The notes under the pieces: generated by a model | Seen by the model: the letters and a program-made list of their open reading frames with translations, nothing else | Databases searched by the model: none | Told to the model about the DNA's origin: nothing | Translations under genes and position numbers: made by a program | Source of the DNA: Eledone cirrhosa | Lineage: Eukaryota | Length of the DNA: 64,000 nt | Reading direction: 5' to 3' | Assembly (NCBI GenBank): GCA_964016885.1 | Contig: OZ024763.1 | Coordinates: forward strand, 1,674,001 to 1,738,000 | In this document: positions 44,878 through 56,957 of the stretch, piece by piece | How the letters are laid out: each line of letters opens with the position of its first letter | Numbering within the stretch: position 1 is the stretch's first letter

Positions 44878-45610
44878 TGAAAAATGGAGAGATAAATAGG
44901 ACCCTTTCCACTCTTGCAAGCTGGGAAAAGCGGAAAAAATGGAGAGATAAATAGGACCCTTTCCACTCTTGCAAGCTGGGAAAAGCGGAAAAAATGGAGA
45001 GATAAATAGGACCCTTTCCACTCTTGCAAGCTGGGAAAAGCGGAAAAAATGGAGAGATAAATAGGACCCTTTCCGCTCTTGCAAGCTGGGAAAAGCGGAA
45101 AAAATGGAGAGATAAATAGGACCCTTTCCACTCTTGCAAGCTGGGAAAAGCGGAAAAAATGGAGAGATAAATAGGACCCTTTCCACTCTTGCAAGCTGGG
45201 AAAAGCGGAAAAAATGGAGAGATAAATAGGACCCTTTCCACTCTTGCAAGCTGGGAAAAGCGGAAAAAATGGAGAGATAAATAGGACCCTTTCCACTCTT
45301 GCAAGCTGGGAAAAGCGGAAAAAATGGAGAGATAAATAGGACCCTTTCCACTCTTGCAAGCTGGAAAAAGCGGAAAAAATGGAGAGATAAATAGGACCCT
45401 TTCCACTCTTGCAAGCTGGGAAAAGCGGAAAAAATGGAGAGATAAATAGGACCCTTTCCACTCTTGCAAGCTGGGAAAAGCGGAAAAAATGGAAAGATAA
45501 ATAGGACCCTTTCAACTCTTGCAAGCTGGGAAAAGCGGAAAAAATGGAGAGATAAATAGGACCCTTTCCACTCTTGCAAGCTGGGAAAAGCGGACGTAAA
45601 ATGATGATGA
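44878..45610. repeat. 55-bp minisatellite from an RTE LINE 3' end, about 13 copies
   Basis: (AAAAAATGGAGAGATAAATAGGACCCTTTCCACTCTTGCAAGCTGGGAAAAGCGG)n between LINE body (44786) and GGACGTAAAATGATG tail. Confidence 0.92.
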
Positions 45611-45973
45611 TGATAAACACACACATATAGTGTGAGGTCGGGCTTCTGTTTGCTACAGATAGCATGTATCCAGTACAACCTGCTTCATGGTTGATTGGTC
45701 AGCAACTAAACTGGTTCTTCCACCAAACCCTGCTCTAGTGATGTGGGTAAGTAGAACCCCAGGAGTAGCACAAAAAAACAACAGCTGTTGTTAAAAGGGG
45801 GGGGGGAATAAACTCCTCAGTCAACTGCCACCCACTCCCAAACTATGGTTTAAATAACCTCACACTAACCCACTAACTCCGGTTGGAGTATTGGATTAGA
45901 TTGGAGTGGAACATTGAGTGTAGCAGGAACCTGCTTTTAATAACAGCTGATCAAATGAGGAGACAGAAAGTGG

Positions 45974-48835
45974 TGGAGGTCACCCAGGGAGGGGTTCCTG
46001 TAACAGGAGAGAGAAGGCCTAGGATTGGAGGTCACCCAGGGAGGGGTTCCTGTAACAGGAGAGAGAAGGCCTAGGATTGGAGGTCAACCAGGAAGGGGTT
46101 CCTGTAACAGGAGAGAGAAGGCCTAGGATTGGAGGTCAACCAGGGAGGGGTTCCTGTAACAGGAGAGAGAAGGCCTAGGATTGGAGGTCAACCAGGGAGG
46201 GGTTCCTCCAACAGGAGAGAGAAGGCCTAGGATTGGAGGTCAACCAGGGAGGGGTTCCTCCAACAGGAGAGAGAAGGCCTAGGATCGGAGGTCAACCAGG
46301 AAGGGGTTCCTGTAACAGGAGAGAGAAGGCCTAGGATTGGAGGTCAACCAGGGAGGGGTTCCTCCAACAGGAGAGAGAAGGCCTAGGATTGGAGGTCAAC
46401 CAGGGAGGGGTTCCTCCAACAGGAGAGAGAAGGCCTAGGATTGGAGGTCAACCAGGGAGGGGTTCCTCCAACAGGAGAGAGAAGGCCTAGGATTGGAGGT
46501 CAACCAGGAAGGGGTTCCTGTAACAGGAGAGAGAAGGTACTTGATTGGAGGTCAACCAGGGAGGGGTTCCTGTAACAGGAGAGAGAAGGCCTAGGATTGG
46601 AGGTCAACCAGGGAGGGGTTCCTGTAACAGGAGAGAGAAGGTACTTGATTGGAGGTCAACCAGGGAGGGGTTCCTGTAACAGGAGAGAGAAGGCCTAGGA
46701 TTGGAGGTCAACCAGGGAGGGGTTCCTGTAACAGGAGAGAGAAGGCCTAGGATTGGAGGTCAACCAGGGAGGGGTTCCTCCAACAGGAGAGAGAAGGCCT
46801 AGGATTGGAGGTCAACCAGGGAGGGGTTCCTCCAACAGGAGAGAGAAGGCCTAGGATTGGAGGTCAACCAGGAAGGGGTTCCTCCAACAGGAGAGAGAAG
46901 GCCTAGGATTGGAGGTCAACCAGGGAGGGGTTCCTGTAACAGGAGAGAGAAGGCCTAGGATTGGAGGTCAACCAGGGAGGGGTTCCTCCAACAGGAGAGA
47001 GAAGGCCTAGGATTGGAGGTCACCCAGGGAGGGGTTCCTCCAACAGGAGAGAGAAGGCCTAGGATTGGAGGTCACCCAGGGAGGGGTTCCTCCAACAGGA
47101 GAGAGAAGGCCTAGGATTGGAGGTCAACCAGGGAGGGGTTCCTGTAACAGGAGAGAGAAGGCCTAGGATTGGAGGTCAACCAGGAAGGGGTTCCTGTAAC
47201 AGGAGAGAGAAGGCCTAGGATTGGAGGTCAACCAGGGAGGGGTTCCTGTAACAGGAGAGAGAAGGCCTAGGATTGGAGGTCAACCAGGGAGGGGTTCCTG
47301 TAACAGGAGAGAGAAGGTACTTGATTGGAGGTCAACCAGGGAGGGGTTCCTGTAACAGGAGAGAGAAGGCCTAGGATTGGAGGTCAACCAGGGAGGGGTT
47401 CCTGTAACAGGAGAGAGAAGGCCTAGGATTGGAGGTCAACCAGGGAGGGGTTCCTCCAACAGGAGAGAGAAGGCCTAGGATTGGAGGTCAACCAGGGAGG
47501 GGTTCCTCCAACAGGAGAGAGAAGGCCTAGGATTGGAGGTCAACCAGGAAGGGGTTCCTGTAACAGGAGAGAGAAGGCCTAGGATTGGAGGTCAACCAGG
47601 GAGGGGTTCCTGTAACAGGAGAGAGAAGGCCTAGGATTGGAGGTCAACCAGGGAGGGGTTCCTCCAACAGGAGAGAGAAGGCCTAGGATTGGAGGTCACC
47701 CAGGGAGGGGTTCCTCCAACAGGAGAGAGAAGGCCTAGGATTGGAGGTCACCCAGGGAGGGGTTCCTCCAACAGGAGAGAGAAGGCCTAGGATTGGAGGT
47801 CAACCAGGGAGGGGTTCCTGTAACAGGAGAGAGAAGGCCTAGGATTGGAGGTCAACCAGGGAGGGGTTCCTCCAACAGGAGAGAGAAGGCCTAGGATTGG
47901 AGGTCAACCAGGGAGGGGTTCCTCCAACAGGAGAGAGAAGGCCTAGGATTGGAGGTCAACCAGGAAGGGGTTCCTGTAACAGGAGAGAGAAGGCCTAGGA
48001 TTGGAGGTCAACCAGGGAGGGGTTCCTGTAACAGGAGAGAGAAGGCCTAGGATTGGAGGTCAACCAGGGAGGGGTTCCTCCAACAGGAGAGAGAAGGCCT
48101 AGGATTGGAGGTCACCCAGGGAGGGGTTCCTCCAACAGGAGAGAGAAGGCCTAGGATTGGAGGTCACCCAGGGAGGGGTTCCTCCAACAGGAGAGAGAAG
48201 GCCTAGGATTGGAGGTCAACCAGGGAGGGGTTCCTCCAACAGGAGAGAGAAGGCCTAGGATTGGAGGTCAACCAGGAAGGGGTTCCTGTAACAGGAGAGA
48301 GAAGGCCTAGGATTGGAAGTCAACCAGGAAGGGGTTCCTGTAACAGGAGAGAGAAGGCCTAGGATTGGAGGTCACCCAGGGAGGGGTTCCTCCAACAGGA
48401 GAGAGAAGGCCTAGGATTGGAGGTCACCCAGGGAGGGGTTCCTCCAACAGGAGAGAGAAGGCCTAGGATTGGAGGTCAACCAGGGAGGGGTTCCTGTAAC
48501 AGGAGAGAGAAGGCCTAGGATTGGAGGTCAACCAGGAAGGGGTTCCTGTAACAGGAGAGAGAAGGCCTAGGATTGGAGGTCAACCAGGGAGGGGTTCCTG
48601 TAACAGGAGAGAGAAGGCCTAGGATTGGAGGTCAACCAGGGAGGGGTTCCTCCAACAGGAGTGAGAAGACCCTGGATTGGAGGTCACCCAGGGAGGGGTT
48701 CCTCCAACAGGAGTGAGAAGACCCTGGATTGGAGGTCACCCAGGGAGGGGTTCCTCCAACAGGAGTGAGAAGGCCTAGGATTGGAGGTCACCCAGGGAGG
48801 GGTTCCTGTAACAGGAGAGAGAAGGCCCTGGATTT

Positions 48836-48838
<3 letters not shown>
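45974..48838. repeat. 52-bp minisatellite, about 55 copies
   Basis: (GGATTGGAGGTCAACCAGGGAGGGGTTCCTGTAACAGGAGAGAGAAGGCCTA)n. Confidence 0.95.
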
Positions 48839-48873
<35 letters not shown>

Positions 48874-49036
48874 TATATGTATATATATGTATATATATAT
48901 ATATATATATGTAGGAGGTGAGTTTTATTGTAGTACAATAAAGCAATGCAGATATCAGATAAGAAGCACTCTACAGTTTGTAGGACTGGAGTATACATAA
49001 TATATAAGAACAAAAGATGGTTAAAAGAGTTCCATG

Positions 49037-49107
49037 TATTTTATTATGCACATTTCAAAAACAAATATCATCATGCAATAATATTTGTGTTTTCATCAGA
49101 TAAAATA
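49037..49107 (-). ncRNA. hammerhead ribozyme, family C (left arm)
   Basis: reverse complement of 50199-50269. Confidence 0.75.
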
Positions 49108-50198
49108 GGAAGACATGATATGAAGGTTAAAAAACACTTGTGGATAGTGCAGTTTTAAATCAACATATGAAAAGTAGTTTTAGATTGATGTGTGATATTG
49201 GGAAAAATATTTTTTTTAGGGGGGTGGGGTGGAAAGGATGAAAAAGAGGAGGAGATGAGAGTAAAAAGTGGAGAGGGAGGAGTATAATGAGGAAGGATGA
49301 GATAGGAGGAGAGATGGGTGATAGAGAGAGAGATAGCTTTTTATAACTGAGAGAAATATATTGTTTTACATAGAGAGGTTGAAAAACCGTTGGAAGATAA
49401 TGTATAAATTAAAAGATTTGAAAATTAATGAAGAGAAAAATAATGTAAAGTTAAGGTTTGTATATTGAAGGGTTTAATAATATGTGCGATGAAAAGAAAA
49501 TGTTAATATGTATTAAGAATAATATTTAAGGGTTTAATAATATGTGCGATGGAAACTTACTCATGCTCATCTCACAATATATCCTTACTTACATTACTTG
49601 TTGTTCTTTTTAATAATACATATCAACATTTTCTTTCCATCGCACATATTATTAAACCCTTAAATATTATTCTTAATACATATTAACATTTTCTTTTCAT
49701 CGCACATATTATTAAACCCTTAAATATTATTCTTAATACATATTAACATTTTCTTTCCATCGCACATATTATTAAACCCTTAAATATTATTCTTAATACA
49801 TATTAACATTTTCTTTTCATCGCACATATTATTAAACCCTTCAATATACAAACCTTAACTTTACATTATTTTTCTCTTCGTTAATTTTCAAATTCTTTTA
49901 ATTTATACATTATCTTCCAACGGTTTTTCAACCTCTCTATGTAAAACAATATATTTCTCTGTTATAAAAGCTATCTCTCTCTCTATCACCCATCTCTCCT
50001 CCTATCTCATCCTTCCTCATTATACTCCTCCCTCTCCACTTTTTACTCTCATCTCCTCCTCTTTTTCATCCTTTCCACCCCCACCCCCCTAAAAAACTAT
50101 TTTTCCCAATATCACACATCAATCTAAAACTACTTTTCATATGTTGATTTAAAACTGCACTATCCACAAGTGTTTTTAACCTTCATATCATGTCTTCC

Positions 50199-50269
50199 TA
50201 TTTTATCTGATGAAAACACAAATATTATTGCATGATGATATTTGTTTTTGAAATGTGCATAATAAAATA
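50199..50269 (+). ncRNA. hammerhead ribozyme, family C (right arm)
   Basis: TATTTTAT-CTGATGA-stem II-GAAA-TGTGCA-TA-ATAAAATA. Confidence 0.75.
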
Positions 50270-50937
50270 CATGGAACTCTTTTAACCATCTTTTGTTCTT
50301 ATATATATATATATATATTTTTTTTTTGTGTGTGTGTTTGCATGTGTAGTTTTATTTTATTTTTCCTTTCCTTCTCCCTTTTCCAGCCTCACTTTCATAT
50401 AGATTGTATTTTTGTTTTTAGAATCCATATTCAATAAACAAACCAGGATTTTTCATTCTGAGGATTGAAAGCAAAACCTTTTGCTTTTAAGAAACCACTG
50501 GTAAATGGAATAATTGCCTTATGTTGTTTATTACATAATAATAATAATTAAGCTCTGTTGCCTACATAGAGCACTCTATTTTCCTGGACTTTTCCGATGG
50601 AATTACTTCATTTATATATATAAATATATCAAATATGTGTTAAATAGCCTCACCAACCTACAATTGGTAAGTACGGCTACACCCCTGAAGACATGACCAG
50701 AACAAAACAGAAAGTGGTGGAAGTGAATCAGGGTGAGGGTTCCTCTAACAGGAGTAAAAAGGCCCTGAATTGGATATATATATATATCATCATCATCATC
50801 ATCGTTTAACGTCCATGCTCCACGCTTGCATGGGTTTGGACGGGAGTTTTCCCACTTGAGGCAAGAGTGGTTGTCTTGCTCGCATAGGAGACTGTCTGGC
50901 GGGTTTTCTACAGCTGGATGCCCTTCCTAACACCAAC

Positions 50938-50985
<48 letters not shown>

Positions 50986-50988
<3 letters not shown>

Positions 50989-51412
50989 AGGCACATGGCT
51001 TAGTGGTTAGAGCATTGGCCTTGCAATCGAAAGGTTGTGAGTTCAATTCTCAGACCGGGTGATGTGTTGTTTCCTTGAGCAAGACACTTTATTTCACATT
51101 GCTCCAGTTTACTCAGCTGTAGAAATGAGATGATAGGGACCCCAGTCCCTATCATTCCACTGCAAAGTGGTCGTGGAGGTGCCACGGCAAAAAAGCACCC
51201 AACACTCACTGTAAATGAGGTTGGTGTTAGGAAGGGCATCCAGCTGTAGAAATCAAGCCAGAATCAGTTCCCGTCCCACCCTTGCAAGCAGGGAAAAGCG
51301 TCCCACCCTTGCAAGCAGGGAAAAGCGCCCCACCCTTGCAAGCAGGGAAAAGCGCCCCACCCTTGCAAGCAGGGAAAAGCGGACGTAAAAGGAAATGATG
51401 ATGATTGATGAT
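50986..51412 (+). mobile_element. same SINE family with 28-bp tail unit repeated four times
   Basis: CCCACCCTTGCAAGCAGGGAAAAGCG repeated at 51275-51382. Confidence 0.88.
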
Positions 51413-52149
51413 GATATATATATATATATATATAAAAATAACAGATTAAAGTTTAAGCAAAGAAATGCGGCTTTCACCCTTAACAGGATCTTCTATTTGC
51501 TCTATTGTTTTATATAATTTTATATATATATTATTCTTATCGAGCCCTCTTCAGATTTTTCTTCCCATTTATTATTACTATATATATATATATATATATA
51601 CAGAGAGTGGGGGTGTGAGAAGGAGTGGGGATATCGAATCATATGTCATATATCACCTGAAATTCCTGTCATATATCACCTGAAATTCCCCTTGAAGAAA
51701 TGATGAGATCAACAATCTTACAAAAGATTTCCTCGTTATTCTTCTCTACCACTCCCCCATCTTCATACTCCCCCCCCCCCCCTTCACTCATTCTCCCCCT
51801 TTCTCTCACTCCCCTCTCCATCTCTCCCTCACCCCATCTCACCCACCTCTCTCACTCCCACTCCCCTCCCTCTCTCTAACACTCTCACTCCCTTCCTCTC
51901 CCCCACCCCCTCTCTCATACTCGAAATATTAATTACATTTGTTGATTAATTACAATTCTTAAAACTAATGAGATATATATAAGATTAATGAAAGTGGCTC
52001 TGTCAGTGTGTTGGTGTGTGCATTTGTGTGTGTCAGTATGTATGTGTGTGTTGGTATGCGTGTGTGTGTTGGTATGTGTGTGTGTGCCTGTGTTGTAGAA
52101 CAAATGTCTCTCAAAAGTCTAATAATTTTATATAGAAAGTCATTTCAAA

Positions 52150-52180
<31 letters not shown>

Positions 52181-52854
52181 AGTGAGCTTGTGCACGCGTT
52201 GATAGCTCTTTTTATTGGCTTATACCCGCACCTGCATACATACACACACACACACACGAACACACACAAGTATTCATAAACTCCATTACATGTGTGTGTG
52301 TAGAACAATGAAAACAAAACACAAGTCAGAGATAGCTAGTTAATTGTTTTATGATGATTTCAGAGGGTTAATTGATCGTGGAAAATCAATATATTGAACC
52401 AGCATAGTAGTGGTTACGTCATTAACTCTTTCTAGTCTTGAAATTTTTGATCGATCAATTGTGATTTTCAGAAAACCTGGGCAGATTCTTCTTTGAGGAA
52501 ACCTTATGTGGTGAACACCTACCACAAAAACTATAGGATTCACCTTCTAATCTAGCTGAAACTATCTCTCCATGACCACCTTGTATTCTAACAAAGTTAA
52601 TGGCCCCACAACAAACAGGTGGAAACCAATATATATATATTTCGTTTCTGAATTTGTTTAGCAAGATTCTTTATCTGAAATGGTGTGTTGAAACCGATAT
52701 TGTTATACTTTGGGAGGGTCATGTTGCCAATAAGAAACACACGCACCAGTTGCTTTCACTTCAATTTATTATATATTTATAAATTTACAAATTTATAAAT
52801 TTATAAATTTCTGGTTGGTTGGTTGGTTCCACAACCGGATAGTTGTTTATATAT

Positions 52855-52899
52855 AGTCATAGTTCTTTCGTCACACACTCTGTGACCTCTTCAGTGACT
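52855..52899 (-). ncRNA. hammerhead ribozyme, family D (left arm)
   Basis: AGTCA-CTGAAGA-g-GTCAC agagtgt GTGAC-GAAA-GAAC-TA-TGACT. Confidence 0.72.
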
Positions 52900-52997
52900 G
52901 GGGATTCCTTTGTTTCGGTGCCTCTCCTTTGTTCTGTCCTACAAAATGGCGTAGGACAGAACAAAGGAGAGGCACCGAAACAAAGAAAGGAATCCCC

Positions 52998-53042
52998 AGT
53001 CACTGAAGAGGTCACGGAGTGTGTGACGAAAGAACTATGACT
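52998..53042 (+). ncRNA. hammerhead ribozyme, family D (right arm)
   Basis: AGTCA-CTGAAGA-g-GTCAC ggagtgt GTGAC-GAAA-GAAC-TA-TGACT; perfect 5-bp stems I and II. Confidence 0.72.
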
Positions 53043-53322
53043 ATATATAAACAACTATCTGGTTGTGGAACCAACCAACCAACCAGAAATTTATAAATTT
53101 ATAAATTTGTAAATTTATAAATATATAATAAATTGAAGTGAAAGCAACTGGTGCGTGTGTTTCTTATTGGCTACATGACCCTCCCAAAGTATAACAATAT
53201 ATATATATATATATATATAAAATAATATAAGTAAACAACTTCACTATCCGGGAGCTTCCAACAGTAATGGTTGCATTTTTTAAGGGTATGTCAATATTTA
53301 TTTATAAAACTGATCTATATTA

Positions 53323-53387
53323 TATTTTGTCTGATGAAAGCACACCATTATTTAACTTGGTGTCCTTGAAATATGTATAATGAAATA
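53323..53387 (+). ncRNA. hammerhead ribozyme, family A
   Basis: TATTTTGT-CTGATGA-AAGcACACCA..TGGTGTcCTT-GAAA-TATGTA-TA-ATGAAATA. Confidence 0.78.
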
Positions 53388-53534
53388 AATATGGTTTTAT
53401 AAATATAGTTTCCATTTGTTAATATCGTATGTTTACTCCAAATACTTGTTGAGTGCTTTATATCAGTTATAAAAATATTTGCTTGTTGTATCCCAACAAT
53501 TTAAATAGAACTTTTGCATATATATATATATACA

Positions 53535-53623
<89 letters not shown>

Positions 53624-54096
53624 CCACCATAGGAACATCAGACTTTCTCATACGCCATGTATAATCATTTTTTCATTACCATTTTCTTTAAACCCATCAA
53701 CCAATGACCTCCACCCATCCCAATCCCCACCCTCTCCTACCACCACAATCCCCACCCTCTCCTACCACCACAATCCCCACCCTCTCCTACCACCACAATC
53801 CCCACCCTCTCCTACCACCACAACAGATATAAATACCATTTACTTGGACAGTCAGCTTCCTGATGATTTCTCATGAATAAAACAGTGCTAGTCCTGTAGA
53901 AGTCATTTCTATATTAAATTTTGATATATACACTCTACTAATGTATTGAGTATCTTACTTACTGTGGTTACCTCTGATTGAATCTGGGATAAACTTATCT
54001 TTTAGCACCTACTGTGCCCATCTTAACCGTCACCAAAAAACCATGGTGACCAAAGTTGATCTCGCTATCTCCTTGAAGAACATCCCGATACCCTCA

Positions 54097-54140
54097 AGGA
54101 CTTCCTGATGATTTCTCTTGAATGAAACAGTTCTAGTCCT
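54097..54140 (+). ncRNA. hammerhead-like motif, family J
   Basis: AGGACT-tc-CTGATGA-TTTC tctt GAAT-GAAA-CAGT-TC-t-AGTCCT; decayed tandem copy at 53860. Confidence 0.58.
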
Positions 54141-54773
54141 GTAGAAGCCATTTTTATATTAAATATATATACTCTATGTATTGAGTACCTTACTTACTGT
54201 GGTTACCCACGATTGAACCTGAGATAAACTTATATATATATATCAAGTAAGTATGTTTTGAAACAGTGAGCGAGTTTGAAATTAGAAAATATATAGCTTT
54301 CACCGTATTTTTAACTAAAGAAATTTTAGCTTGATAACGGGGTTTAGAACCCTCAGATAAATGGAAAAAGATGAGTATTGACGTACATGGGACTCCCATG
54401 TACGTCAATACTCATCTTTTTCCATTTATCTGAGGGTTCTAAACCCCATTATCAAGCTAAAATTCCTTTAGTTAAAAATATGGTGAAAGCTTTATATATA
54501 TATATATACACACATACAATATAGAGAGGAAAAACACAGGAGAGTGTGTTTTCATTACAGGATTTTCTCTATACCCCTCTTAGCTTATATTTTCTTCACG
54601 CTGGTGGTTAAAATCCTGTAAATGAAAACACACTCTCCTGTGTTTTTCCTCTCTATATTGTATTTTAAAGTGCCCAGGAAAACTCTTTCCTTTGAGCTCA
54701 TTGAATTACAGGATTATACGCGAGTCTTTTACTCCATTATTTTACTTGATATATATATATATATAATATATAT

Positions 54774-54809
<36 letters not shown>

Positions 54810-54810
<1 letters not shown>

Positions 54811-55115
54811 GTAACAGTAATATACGTGAACGGCAAAGCATAAACGAACTAAGAAAAAAATTAGAGATAAGAGGGATCAGATGTTGTTTACTCGAGAGAA
54901 GGCTACGTTGGTATGGACACGTGATGCGCATGAAAGTCGATAGCTGTATAACAAAGTGCAGGGCAATAAAGATAGACGGTAGTCACGGAATAGGCAGACC
55001 TAGAAAAACCTGGGACGAGCTGATAAACTCCGACATCACACACTTACACCTCTCCAAGACAATGTCACTGGACCGAGACCTTTGGCGGTACTCAGTAACA
55101 GAGAAGACCCGCCTT
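54810..55115 (+). mobile_element. RTE LINE 3' fragment, different subfamily
   Basis: RRLRWYGHVMRM...GRPRKTW...DRDLWR. Confidence 0.85.
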
Positions 55116-55931
55116 ACCTAAATATATAGTAAAACCTACTCCAGCCAGTAGGCATCTCTAACAAAATACACCCCGTCCCACCACCACCACCCCCACCCCA
55201 TCCACACCACCCCGTTCTATGTAAAGTTATGTTGGTGCCGCGCCATCGAGGCCGAAACAAATGAGATCGTGTAGGTGTCACGACAAAAAAACACACAGTC
55301 CACGCTGTAATGTGGCCGTGTAGGCAACACGGTAAAAACCTCTCAGTCCACACTGTAAATGTGGTTGGTGTTAGGAAGGGCATCCAACTGTAGAAAACCT
55401 GCCAGACAGTCCTATGCGAGCAAGACAATCACTCTTGCCTCAAGTGGGACTACCCCCGTCCAAACCCATGCAAGCGTGGAACACGGACGTTAAACGTTGA
55501 TGATGATGATGATGATGATGAGGTGATAAAAGCCGACCTTACACAATTACACCTCTCAAAGGCGATGACACACGACCGTGACCTCTGGCGTCACGCAGTA
55601 ATACAGGGTACCCGACCTCCCATGGATACAAGCTGAAGCATATAGACAATATGCCCCCACACCCTCCCACTGCAAGGTGGTCGTGGAGGTGCCACGGCAA
55701 AAAAGCACCCAGCCCACACTGTAAAGTGGACGTGTAGGTGCCACGAAAAAGCACCCAGCACTCACTGTAAATGAGGTTGGTGTTAGGAAGGGCATCCAGC
55801 TGTAGAAATCAAGCCAGATCAGTTCCTGTATGAGCACGGCATGGTCAGCCGACCAGACACTGCCCACAACAGGACAACCCGTCTAACCCATGCTAGCGTG
55901 GAAGAACGGACGTAAAACGATGATGATGATG

Positions 55932-55964
<33 letters not shown>

Positions 55965-56093
55965 TATACATATAGATATACACTCTTGTATTGTATAACC
56001 ATGAGCACTTTCAGGTGGTGGGGTATAGAAAGGGGTGTAGCTATGTCTGTGGTGTGTGGTGTTATGACCCAACATTAGAGAACTATATTCTAC

Positions 56094-56321
56094 CTGATCT
56101 GGGCGTCCATCTGACAACAAATAAATAGCTCGTGTTAGTGTGTCTGTAAGGGCAATATTCAATGCTGCGTATGTATTAGTGCTTCCACTACAAGTCTGTT
56201 TCTTTAACCATGTAACTGCCTCTGTATGACAGCATTCAGCTGCTTCTGTAAGGTTCTTCTTCCAAGCTGTTGCTAATTTATTGAATATCACCAAATTGAA
56301 GGTTTTACCCTGAAGTTGCTC
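56094..56321 (-). CDS. VWA3B: VWA3B-like exon, VWA domain core
   Basis: ttctag|GAG...CAG|gtagaa; 228 nt, EQLQGKTFNLVIF...GSTNTYAALNIALTDTLTRAIYLLSDGRPDQ; phase 0 to 0. Confidence 0.92.
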
Positions 56322-56957
56322 CTAGAAAATATAGAAAATTGGTCAAACGATAATCAAGCATAATTTTTTATTACTTTTGTCACTACTTTTGTCACAAGGC
56401 CAGCAATTACTCCCAGTGTATTACTGGTACTTTATTTTATCGACCCCGTAAGGATGAAAGGCAAACCTTTGCGTGGCTGAGTGGTTAGATAATTGGATTC
56501 ACAATCTTGAGGTTGTGAGTTCGATTCCCGGACCGGGGCGATGCGTTATGTCCTTGGGCAAGACACTGTATTTCACGTTGCTCCTTTTACCTGGAGTTGC
56601 AACCAATAGATAGTATTAGCAACTGGAAAGACCAACGGAAACATTGTTCCCTCGGTTCGATTTGACAAAAGTTGATCAACTGTCTGTATTTGTCCGTAAC
56701 ACTCTAGAGATGACTGAGGAAGGAAAGAGGTGATTACATTGACTGAGGAAAGAAGGGGTGTGTTTGTGTGTTTGCATCACTTATGTGAGTGCAAAGGAAC
56801 CAACAAACCAACCTACAAATATTTTTTTTTATATTATGTATAGATATTACAATTGTGCCAAAAAGTAGAAACAATTACAATTAGCTGTCATTTTTGAAGG
56901 CACAGGGCCAGCTAGTCTGCTAATATAATAGCCTTGTGTAGTTGTCTGTCACACACT

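Larger units (their letters stand above)
48910..50300. mobile_element. 1.4-kb inverted-repeat element, family C
   Basis: arms about 49000-49553 and 49636-50300; 60-bp tandem units near centre; (TA)n flanks. Confidence 0.75.
52641..53200. mobile_element. palindromic pLTR-like element, family D
   Basis: about 250-bp arms centred at about 52946. Confidence 0.75.
53244..54748. mobile_element. cluster of pLTR-like elements
   Basis: family A 53244-53515, tandem family J 53856-54230, palindromes 54290-54492 and 54516-54662. Confidence 0.65.

Noticed and set aside
50986-51060. tRNA gene
   Set aside because: A and B boxes belong to a SINE head that continues into a SINE body; same for the other copies.
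52349-52664. Unique-looking short ORFs as extra VWA3B exons
   Set aside because: Flanking exons join in phase with continuous homology (DGRPDQ to PEKL) and no similarity was recognised.
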